Source of the DNA: Vicinamibacterales bacterium
Lineage (GTDB): Bacteria; Acidobacteriota; Vicinamibacteria; Vicinamibacterales; UBA2999
Reading direction: 5' to 3'
NCBI GenBank assembly: GCA_035492455.1
Contig: DATJJE010000028.1
Coordinates: forward strand, 5,982-69,981
Length of the DNA stretch: 64,000 nt
Both the position numbers and the translations under genes were made by a program. Below the pieces are notes generated by a model, which ran no database searches, was not told where the DNA came from, and saw nothing but the letters and a program-made list of their open reading frames with translations. Shown piece by piece: positions 30,508 to 38,365 of this stretch (position 1 is the first letter of the stretch; each line of letters opens with the position of its first letter).

Positions 30508-31289
30508 TGGCTACGCCGCTGCTCGACGTCGAACATCTCTCGGTGACCTTTGGCGGCCCGACTCCGGCCGTGGACGACGTCAGCTTTCAGATTGCGGCGG
30601 GTGAAACGCTCGGGCTCGTGGGCGAGTCCGGCAGTGGCAAGTCTGTCACTGCTTTTTCGATTCTGCGCCTGCTGCAGGTACCGGGCAGAATCATCGGCGG
30701 AAGGGTGATCTTCGAAGGGCGCGATCTCCTGGCGCTCAGCGAAGGCGAGATGCGCGAGGTCCGTGGCGCCGGCATCTCGCTAATCTTTCAGGAGCCGATG
30801 ACGGCGCTGAATCCGGTGATGCGCGTCGGCGACCAGATCGCGGAGGCGCTGCTCGTCCACCGCAAGGCGACCCGCGCGGAGGCACGCGACCGCGCCATCG
30901 AGCTGCTCGAGGCCGTGAAGATTCCGGATGCCGGCCGCCGCGTCCGCGACTATCCGCATCAGCTCTCGGGCGGCATGCGGCAACGCGTGATGATTGCTAT
31001 CGCGCTTGCCTGCCGGCCGCGGCTTGTCATCGCCGACGAGCCGACCACGGCGCTCGACGTCACCATTCAGGCACAGGTGCTGGAGTTGCTGCGGGAATTG
31101 AAGGGACGCTACAACCTCGCGATTCTGCTCATCACGCACGATTTCGGCATCATCGCGGAGATGGCCGACCGCGTTGCGGTGATGTTCAAAGGCAGACTCG
31201 TCGAAGAGGGGGCCGTTCGCGATGTGCTGCGCAACCCACGCGATGAGTACACGCGCAATCTTCTTGCCGCCGTGCCAGGCGCTCGTTGA
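30507..31289 (+). CDS. ABC transporter ATP-binding protein, Dpp/Opp (peptide/nickel) type
   Basis: Walker A GESGSGKS, signature LSGGMRQR, Walker B LVIADEPT. The ATG at 30507 shares 1 nt with the mutase TGA; a GTG at 30504 is also possible. Confidence 0.9.
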   Translation: MATPLLDVEHLSVTFGGPTPAVDDVSFQIAAGETLGLVGESGSGKSVTAFSILRLLQVPGRIIGGRVIFEGRDLLALSEGEMREVRGAGISLIFQEPMTALNPVMRVGDQIAEALLVHRKATRAEARDRAIELLEAVKIPDAGRRVRDYPHQLSGGMRQRVMIAIALACRPRLVIADEPTTALDVTIQAQVLELLRELKGRYNLAILLITHDFGIIAEMADRVAVMFKGRLVEEGAVRDVLRNPRDEYTRNLLAAVPGAR

Positions 31290-32191
31290 TGTCCTTCGAC
31301 TCCGCTCAAAACAAACCGCTCATCGAAGTCCGCAACCTGGTGAAGCACTTCGTCCGCACGCAAGGCCTCTTCCGTGCGCCGTCGATCGTCAAGGCCGTAG
31401 ACGACGTGAGCTTCGCGATCGCTCAAGGGGAAATGTTCGGTCTGGTCGGCGAATCAGGCAGCGGCAAGAGCACGACCGGCCGCTGCATCCTGCGGCTGAT
31501 TGAACCGACCTCCGGCGAGGTGCTGTTCCGCGGCGAAAATGTCCTGCAGTTTTCCAGCGAGCGGATGCGCGCCGCACGCCGCGACATGCAGATCGTTTTT
31601 CAGGACCCGTACTCCTCACTCAACCCGCGCATGCGCGTCGGCGAGATTGTCGAGGAGCCGCTGGTCATCCACAAGCTCGGAACGAGAACCGAACGTCGTG
31701 CGCGTGTCTCCGAGCTGTTCCGGCTGGTGGGTCTTGACCCTGCATATGTCGAGCGGTATCCGCACCAGTTCAGCGGCGGGCAGCGTCAACGCATTGGCAT
31801 CGCCAGGGCGCTGGCGCTGAATCCGGCGCTGGTCATCGCAGACGAGGCGGTGTCGGCGCTCGATGTGTCCATTCAGGCGCAGGTCGTCAAGCTGCTGCTC
31901 GATTTGAAAGAACGGCTGCGGCTCACGTACTTATTCATCGCCCACGACCTTCGATTGGTCGAGCACATCTGCACACGCGTCGCGGTGATGTACCTCGGAA
32001 AGATCGTGGAGCTCGGCGAGACCAGCGCGTTGTTCGCCAACCCCACGCATCCGTACACGAAGGCGCTTCTCAGCGCCATCCCGGTACTCGATCCCGACGC
32101 GCCGCGGCAGCGCATCGAGCTCGATCCATCGTCGTTTGAAAGGGATGCGCCGTTGAAATCAGTCGGCGTGAAGCATTGGGCTGCTGTGTAA
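31289..32191 (+). CDS. ABC transporter ATP-binding protein, Dpp/Opp (peptide/nickel) type
   Basis: Walker [10 protein letters not shown], signature FSGGQRQR, Walker [10 protein letters not shown]. The ATG at 31289 shares 1 nt with the previous TGA; the track start at 31286 is TTG. Confidence 0.9.
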   Translation: MSFDSAQNKPLIEVRNLVKHFVRTQGLFRAPSIVKAVDDVSFAIAQGEMFGLVGESGSGKSTTGRCILRLIEPTSGEVLFRGENVLQFSSERMRAARRDMQIVFQDPYSSLNPRMRVGEIVEEPLVIHKLGTRTERRARVSELFRLVGLDPAYVERYPHQFSGGQRQRIGIARALALNPALVIADEAVSALDVSIQAQVVKLLLDLKERLRLTYLFIAHDLRLVEHICTRVAVMYLGKIVELGETSALFANPTHPYTKALLSAIPVLDPDAPRQRIELDPSSFERDAPLKSVGVKHWAAV

Positions 32192-32272
32192 GCTCCAAGG
32201 TCCAAGCTCCAAGAGCCAATCAGATCCAGTTGCTAAGGTGTTGGAGCTTGGAGCTTGGACCTTGGAACTTGG
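32190..32272. repeat. Long hairpin built from tandem heptamers (CTCCAAG/GTCCAAG vs CTTGGAG/CTTGGAC); putative bidirectional terminator
   Basis: 20-nt perfect complementarity between TCCAAGGTCCAAGCTCCAAG (32194-32213) and CTTGGAGCTTGGACCTTGGA (32247-32266). Lies between convergent ABC ATPase genes; the right arm encodes the last ~13 codons of the minus-strand ORF. Confidence 0.75.
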
Positions 32273-32949
32273 ATCTTGACGTCGTCTTCCACCTGCCCGT
32301 CCCTGATGTGAATGGTGCGGTCGGCGAACGCGGCCACGTCGGCTTCGTGGGTGACGAGCACGATTGTGTTGCCAGCCTGGTGCAGCTTCGCGAACAGCGC
32401 CATGATCTCGTTGCCGGTTTTGGTGTCGAGATTGCCCGTCGGCTCGTCGGCGAGCAGGATTGAAGGGTTGTTCACCAGCGCTCGCGCGATGGCCACGCGC
32501 TGACGCTGGCCGCCCGATAGCTCGTTCGGGCGATGGTTCATGCGATCCGCAAGCTCGACTCGCTCCAGCGCAGCCCGCGCGCGTTTTTCGCGATCCGCGG
32601 CGGTGACACCCGCATAGACCAGCGGCAGCTCGACATTGTGGAGCGCCGACGCTCGCGGCAGCAGGTTGAACGTCTGAAAGACGAAGCCAATCTCTTCGTT
32701 GCGTATGCGCGCCAGCTCGTTGTCGTTCATCTCACCAACCTGCTTGCCGTTCAGCAGGTAGCTGCCCCGGCTGGGCGTGTCGAGACAGCCAATGAGGTTC
32801 ATCAGCGTGGACTTACCCGAGCCGGACGGCCCCATGATGGCAACGTACTCTGCGCGGTCGATGTCGACGGACACACCCCGCAGCGCGTGGATTTCTTCCG
32901 AGCCCATCACGTACGTCTTCCAGAGATCGCGGGTCTCTATCAGCGCCAT
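32233..32949 (-). CDS. ABC transporter ATP-binding protein, MacB/LolD/FtsE type
   Basis: 238 aa with Walker [10 protein letters not shown], signature LSGGQRQR, Walker [13 protein letters not shown]. The C-terminal tail ([13 protein letters not shown]) is encoded by the hairpin repeat. Confidence 0.9.
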   Translation of the reverse strand: MALIETRDLWKTYVMGSEEIHALRGVSVDIDRAEYVAIMGPSGSGKSTLMNLIGCLDTPSRGSYLLNGKQVGEMNDNELARIRNEEIGFVFQTFNLLPRASALHNVELPLVYAGVTAADREKRARAALERVELADRMNHRPNELSGGQRQRVAIARALVNNPSILLADEPTGNLDTKTGNEIMALFAKLHQAGNTIVLVTHEADVAAFADRTIHIRDGQVEDDVKIQVPRSKLQAPTP

Positions 32950-32983
32950 TGAGAGGTATTACGGCGGTCCCCGCTCGGGGGTT

Positions 32984-33793
32984 TCACATGGTCTTGAGGC
33001 GGGCGACCAGCGCCTTGACGAGGGGCGGCGCGTCGGTCGGTACGTGCGCACTCCAGGAGCGGGTGTTGACCGGAACCATCACGAGCCTGGTCTTCGTGGC
33101 CTTACGCATCGATTCTTTGAGCGCAGCCGCCAGTTCACCGGCGGGAGCAATCGCCGGCCCCATCAGGAACACGATACAGGTGTCGCGCTGGCTGTCTTTG
33201 GGGATGCGGGACGCCATGTCCCATGCATCCGTCAACGCGGAACCGTCCACTTGCGGAACGAATCGACCGAGGACGCGCGGCGGCAGTTTCAAACTCCAGA
33301 ACTTCGCCTTGGGGATGCAGGTCACCTGAAAGCCAGACAGCGAGAACTCTTCCCAGCTCTGAAATTCGCCGGTGAGCGCCGAGCGGAATCGCGCCACCGT
33401 CGCGCGCTGAACGAGGTCGCTGGCGCCGGCACGCTCCTGCTGGAACACTGAGGCGCCGCTCGTCCCCGGCGGGGGTTCAGACGTCCTGGCGCTCGATTGC
33501 GAAGGTCGTTGTGGCGGTGCGGCCGCCGTGGCTCCTACGGGACGGCTTGCCACCGTTCCGGTTATCAGACCATCGTCCGCGTCGTATTCGGCACGTGCGA
33601 CTGGGTCGGTCAGCGTCTTGTACGCGCGCGTCAGGTCCGCCGCTTTCGCTGCCGCAATTTCCTGGAATTCGGCACCGAGATGCTGAACCTTGTCCGGATG
33701 GTACTTGGCGATTTCCCGCCGGAACGCGCGCTTGATTTCGTCGACGGACGCGTCCGGGGCAACGGAAAGCAGCTCGTAGAACGGTTTGGCCAC
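32984..33793 (-). CDS. J-domain (DnaJ N-terminal domain) protein with uncharacterised C-terminal domain
   Basis: 269 aa. FYELLSVAPDASVDEIKRAFRREIAKYHPDK carries the HPD motif. No Gly/Phe or zinc-finger region; the C-terminal ~150 aa are unassigned. Confidence 0.8.
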   Translation of the reverse strand: MAKPFYELLSVAPDASVDEIKRAFRREIAKYHPDKVQHLGAEFQEIAAAKAADLTRAYKTLTDPVARAEYDADDGLITGTVASRPVGATAAAPPQRPSQSSARTSEPPPGTSGASVFQQERAGASDLVQRATVARFRSALTGEFQSWEEFSLSGFQVTCIPKAKFWSLKLPPRVLGRFVPQVDGSALTDAWDMASRIPKDSQRDTCIVFLMGPAIAPAGELAAALKESMRKATKTRLVMVPVNTRSWSAHVPTDAPPLVKALVARLKTM

Positions 33794-33797
33794 GACG

Positions 33798-35879
33798 CTA
33801 TTTCTTGAATTCGGCGACGTTGGTGGCGGCCGGCAGCTCGCGCCTCTGACGCTGGTCGCGAAGCTTTCTCGGCCGTCGTGACGGCGTGCCTTCCGCGCTC
33901 TTGGCGCAGTACGGACAGAACTTCCAGCCGCTCTGCAGCGGCTTGCCGCAGTGCGGACAGCCGCCGCCGACGCGATGGCCGCATGACGGGCACGCCGCGA
34001 ATTCGGCGGACACGCCGGCGCCGCACTGGGGGCACAGCGATCGGGTTTCGCGGACTTCGGTGACGACGCGCAGCAGCTCGTCCGGCGTCGTCACGCCTGC
34101 CTTCACCTTCAGCAGCCCGTCTTCGCCGAGCGACACCATTCCGCCGCTCACCGCGGCGTCACGCAGCTGCGCTTCGGAGCCGCGCTGCGCGATCATGCGG
34201 CGCAGCTTGTCGCTGACGTGCATGATTTCGTAGATGCCGACGCGGCCGCGGTAGCCGGTGTGATTGCACTGGTCGCAGCCGACGGCGCGGTAGAAGGTCA
34301 GCGTCGCCGCTTCCATTTCCGTCACGCTCATGGCGCGCAGCGTCTCGGCATCCGGCGTGTAAGGCCGACGGCAATGCATGCAGAGCCGCCGCATCAGGCG
34401 CTGTGCGATTACGCCGATGAGCGCGGATGCGCTGACGTACGGCTCGATGCCGATGTCGGTCAAACGCGTCACACACGACGGCGCGTCGTCGGTGTGCAGC
34501 GTCGAGAGCACGAGGTGGCCGGTCTGCGCGGCCTGCATCGCGATGCGTGCCGTCTCCTGGTCGCGGATCTCGCCGACGAGGACGACGTCCGGGTCCTGCC
34601 GCAGGATGGAACGCAGCGCGCTCGCGAAGGTGAGTTTGATCTTGTCGTTAATCTGCGTCTGGTTCACGCCTGGAATCTGATACTCGACCGGATCTTCAAT
34701 CGTGATGATGTTCGTCCGCTCGGACCGCACCGACGTCAACGCCGAACAGAGCGTCGTCGTCTTGCCCGATCCGGTCGGGCCGACCACGAGGATCATCCCG
34801 TGTTGATGCCGCAGGAAGAAGCGGATCTGCTCGAGCGAGGTCGCCGAGAACCCGAGCTCCTCGAGCGGCGGAACACCTTTGCGGTTGTCGAGCACACGCA
34901 GCACGATCTTCTCGCCGAAGATCGTTCGCAGTGTCGAGGCGCGGAAGTCGACCTCCTGTCCATCGTCGGCGCTTGCGCGGATGCGGCCATCCTGCGGCAG
35001 CCGCTTCTCCGCGATGTCCATGCCGCCCATGATCTTCATGCGCGCGACGAACCCTTCGTGCACCCACTTCGGCAGGTCCATCACTTCCTTCAACAAACCG
35101 TCCAAGCGGTGCCGGACGACGAGGTTGTTCTCCGTCGGCTCGATGTGAATGTCGCTCGCGCGGCTCTTCAGCGCGCTCTTGATGACCAGATCGACAAGGT
35201 CGATGATGGGCGCCGTTTCCGGCGTCGCGCCTTTGAGGTTGCTGGCCGTTTCGAAGACATCCTCTTCGACGCGCCGCGCAGCGAGTGCGGCCTGATCGCC
35301 GATCGGCGCAAGCATGCCGCCACGTGATGTCGCCTCACTGGCCTGCTGCGCGGAGGGCGGCGTCACCTGCACGGCGATGCCCGAGCCGGCTTGATTCAAC
35401 CGCGCGAGCGCCTTGTCCGGATACGAGGAATGGATCGCGTCGAGAATCTCTTGCTTCGTTGAAACGACCTGCTTGATGCGGTACCCGGTCTGAAATTCCA
35501 GATCCTGGACCAACGTGAAGAGCAGGGGGTCCGACATGGCGACCGTCAGCAGATTTTTCTCCACACCGATCGCAAGGCAGGTCCGCTTGAGCGCCACCTC
35601 TTTCGGGATCAGGACGACCGCCGTCGGGTCTGGCGCACGCTCGGTGAGATTGACGTAGGAGAACCCGAGTTGGTAGGCGAGCGCCTTCGCGATCTGGCGC
35701 TCGGTCGCCAGATTCATGCGGACGAGCACCGCGCCAAGCCGCTCACCCGAGCGCTTGTGTTCGGCGAGTGCTGTTTGCAGGTCTGCTTCGGTGATCAGTC
35801 CCGCCTGGATGAGACATTCACCGATTTTCTTGCGCACGCGCTGGCAATCTCCCTGGGAGAATACGGGCCGGACCCCCAT
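33798..35879 (-). CDS. GspE/PilB-family secretion ATPase with N-terminal MshEN-type domain and C-terminal double zinc ribbon
   Basis: Walker A GPTGSGKTT, Asp/His boxes and the family tetracysteine (CMHC...CDQC). N-terminal KIGECLIQAGLITEADLQTALAEH-KRSGE-RLGAVLVRMNLATERQIAKALAYQ, and a C-terminal 4x CxxC. Start chosen at Met 35879; the track ORF extends to 36050 and overlaps the divergent gene. Confidence 0.88.
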   Translation of the reverse strand: MGVRPVFSQGDCQRVRKKIGECLIQAGLITEADLQTALAEHKRSGERLGAVLVRMNLATERQIAKALAYQLGFSYVNLTERAPDPTAVVLIPKEVALKRTCLAIGVEKNLLTVAMSDPLLFTLVQDLEFQTGYRIKQVVSTKQEILDAIHSSYPDKALARLNQAGSGIAVQVTPPSAQQASEATSRGGMLAPIGDQAALAARRVEEDVFETASNLKGATPETAPIIDLVDLVIKSALKSRASDIHIEPTENNLVVRHRLDGLLKEVMDLPKWVHEGFVARMKIMGGMDIAEKRLPQDGRIRASADDGQEVDFRASTLRTIFGEKIVLRVLDNRKGVPPLEELGFSATSLEQIRFFLRHQHGMILVVGPTGSGKTTTLCSALTSVRSERTNIITIEDPVEYQIPGVNQTQINDKIKLTFASALRSILRQDPDVVLVGEIRDQETARIAMQAAQTGHLVLSTLHTDDAPSCVTRLTDIGIEPYVSASALIGVIAQRLMRRLCMHCRRPYTPDAETLRAMSVTEMEAATLTFYRAVGCDQCNHTGYRGRVGIYEIMHVSDKLRRMIAQRGSEAQLRDAAVSGGMVSLGEDGLLKVKAGVTTPDELLRVVTEVRETRSLCPQCGAGVSAEFAACPSCGHRVGGGCPHCGKPLQSGWKFCPYCAKSAEGTPSRRPRKLRDQRQRRELPAATNVAEFKK

Positions 35880-35940
35880 TCTTTCGGCGGATCTCGGCCG
35901 CTGCGGTAGAACGCGTGCGGGATGCCAGACCTCTACGTTG

Positions 35941-36945
35941 ATGGAAAGAATGCGTTGCTCCGATACCCCTACCAAAGTGCAGGAGCGCGCCCAGATATCC
36001 CGGTTGCTCGAGCAACGTTCCGACACCATCCTGAACGATGCCGTCGCCATCTTTCCCTTCGCGGGAGCAGATTCGTCGGATCAAGGTCGCTCCGCCACCC
36101 TCGCCGATCTCATGCTGCAACTGCTCACGGCTGCTGTGCGCGACGGCGAGCTCGATCCGCGCACCGGCCGCGTCGCGGATCTACGCCAGCTCGCGGTCGA
36201 CTTCGGACTGACAGTGCGGCAGCTCTTTGGCCTCGTGTACGTCGTGGAGCGCGCGGCGCTCGACGAGCTGGCGCTGGATGAGTCGTTCGGAGCCACCACG
36301 GAAGGATGGCCTGGCATTGCGCAGATGGTGCGTCGCGGATCCTTCGACGTGCTTGCCGCCGTGGCCGAGCGGATCGCGCGGGAACCCGATCAGTCAGCGC
36401 TGCACGATTCGCTGACTGCGCTGCACACGCGCGCGGTACTGCTGGCAGCGCTCGAGAAGGAAATGCGGCGCGCCGAGCGCTTCCAGCATCCATTCGCCAT
36501 CATCCTCGTCGACGTCGACCACCTCGCGGCCATCAACTCACAACATGGCTACGGCTTCGGCGACCGCGTCCTCGAGCGCATTGGCATTGTCATTCGCAAT
36601 TACTTCCGAGAGCACGACTGGGTGACGCGGTGCGCGGAAGACACCTTCGCGGTTCTGCTGCCGGAAACGACACGAGCCAATGCGGCCTCGCTTGCCGACG
36701 GTTTGCGCGTGATGGTCGAGGAGCGCCTGGCGCTCCGCGACTACCGGACGGAAGAGCATGTGCAGGTCACCGTGTCAGTTGCTGTGCTGATCGGCGACGG
36801 ACGCAATTCGTATCAGGCGGACTCGCTGCTTCGACAGGGCGACGAAGCGATTCTGCGCGCGAAGCGCGCCGGGCGGAATCGCGTCGAAGTGGTGGAAGTC
36901 GGCGGCACGAGAATTCCGCGCGCCGCCAGGATGCGCGGCGTTTGA
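35941..36945 (+). CDS. GGDEF-domain protein with degenerate active site (AEDTF) and retained RxxD I-site
   Basis: Start taken at ATG 35941 (MERMRC...). The C-terminal domain aligns to GGDEF (DSLTALHTR..., ILVDVDHLAAINSQHGYGFGDRVL, REHDWVTRCAEDTFAVLL, AKRAGRNRV). The N-terminal ~150 aa form a helical sensor-like region. Confidence 0.8.
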   Translation: MERMRCSDTPTKVQERAQISRLLEQRSDTILNDAVAIFPFAGADSSDQGRSATLADLMLQLLTAAVRDGELDPRTGRVADLRQLAVDFGLTVRQLFGLVYVVERAALDELALDESFGATTEGWPGIAQMVRRGSFDVLAAVAERIAREPDQSALHDSLTALHTRAVLLAALEKEMRRAERFQHPFAIILVDVDHLAAINSQHGYGFGDRVLERIGIVIRNYFREHDWVTRCAEDTFAVLLPETTRANAASLADGLRVMVEERLALRDYRTEEHVQVTVSVAVLIGDGRNSYQADSLLRQGDEAILRAKRAGRNRVEVVEVGGTRIPRAARMRGV

Positions 36946-36952
36946 CCGGCCG

Positions 36953-38359
36953 CTAACGAGTCATCGCCTTGGCGAAGCGATAGAAGAAATCGACACCGTC
37001 TTCAAACGCGCTCACGCGTACACGCTCGTCCCTGCCGTGCGCACGGATGTCGTCCTGGTCGATGGCTATTCCACTTATTCCATAGCTCGGAATGCCAGCC
37101 GCCGACGTGTAGATGCTGTCCGTTGCCCCCGTCTCCATCATCGGAATAATCGGTGCGCCCGGCCACAACTCCGCCGCGACCTGCTCCAGAGGGCGGAGCA
37201 CTTCCGGCGAAGGCAGCACCGTCGGGAACCCCTTCGAGTCCGGAGCCCGTGCAGTCTTTCCGGCGTTGTCGACGTACACCACCGCTACCTGCGGGTCCGC
37301 GATGGTGCGCACGAGGATCTGCTGTGTCTCGGCGGGGGAGTGTCCTGGGAGAATCCGGCAGTTGACGATCGCCTGGGCATTTTGCGGCAGCGCATTGTTC
37401 GCGTGCCCGCCATTCAAACGCGTGGCGACGCAAGTCGTGCGCATCAGGGAGTTGTATCGCGGTTCTTTCGACAGGCGCGTTGCTGCCGCGGTGTCAGGGC
37501 GCGGCTGGACCAGCGCGTTCATATCCGCTCGCGTCTGACCTGTCTCGAGCGGCGCGCGACGTTGGAAATAGGTGCGCGTGATGTCATTCAGCTCGAGCGG
37601 AAAGGGTGTACGTTCGAGGCGCGACAATGCATCCGCGAGGTGGTAAATCGCATTGTCCGCAGTCGGCAGCGAGCTGTGGCCGCCGCGATTGGTCACCGTC
37701 AACTGGAAATCCGCGTATTGCTTTTCAGTGGCCTCGACATCCACATTGACCGGCTTGCCGTTCGAGGCCGTCACACCGCCCGCATCGATGTTGATGGCGA
37801 ACGCGGCATCGACCAGATCGCGGTGGTTCTCCAACAGCCATTTGACGCCGTTGAATGCCCCGCCCTCTTCGTCCGCGGTGAGCGCCAGAATGAGATCGCG
37901 GTTGGGCCGGAAGCCTTCGCGATGCAAGCGGATGAAGGTCGTCACCGCGATGGCGGCCGACCCTTTCATGTCCTGCGTCCCGCGGCCGTAAAAGTAGCCG
38001 CCCTGCTCAACGAACTGAAACGGATCCGTCGTCCAGTCTTCGCGCCTGGCTTCGACCACGTCCAGGTGACCGATGATGAGAACCGGACGCGCGGCGCCGG
38101 TTCCGTGCAGGCGTACGACGAGATTTCCTTTGCGGTCGTTTGGCGCGAGAACCTGGACGTCGGCAGCCGCAAAACCGGCGTCCTGTAAACGCCGGGCGAT
38201 CGCGTTCGCGGCGGTCGTGGTGTTGCCGACGGAGTTCGTCGTATTGATTTCGATCAGTTGCTTGAAGATGTCGCGGCTCAATCGCCGGGTATCGCTGTCG
38301 ATTGTGGCAGCCGACGCGACCGTCGCGAACAGGACGAGCGGGAGCAATCGCAGCGGCAT
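36953..38359 (-). CDS. M20/M28-type metallopeptidase (secreted)
   Basis: 468 aa with a signal peptide and M20 landmarks (LIIGHLDVV, GRGTQDMKG, ADEEGG). Confidence 0.85.
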   Translation of the reverse strand: MPLRLLPLVLFATVASAATIDSDTRRLSRDIFKQLIEINTTNSVGNTTTAANAIARRLQDAGFAAADVQVLAPNDRKGNLVVRLHGTGAARPVLIIGHLDVVEARREDWTTDPFQFVEQGGYFYGRGTQDMKGSAAIAVTTFIRLHREGFRPNRDLILALTADEEGGAFNGVKWLLENHRDLVDAAFAINIDAGGVTASNGKPVNVDVEATEKQYADFQLTVTNRGGHSSLPTADNAIYHLADALSRLERTPFPLELNDITRTYFQRRAPLETGQTRADMNALVQPRPDTAAATRLSKEPRYNSLMRTTCVATRLNGGHANNALPQNAQAIVNCRILPGHSPAETQQILVRTIADPQVAVVYVDNAGKTARAPDSKGFPTVLPSPEVLRPLEQVAAELWPGAPIIPMMETGATDSIYTSAAGIPSYGISGIAIDQDDIRAHGRDERVRVSAFEDGVDFFYRFAKAMTR

Positions 38360-38365
38360 ATGGTT

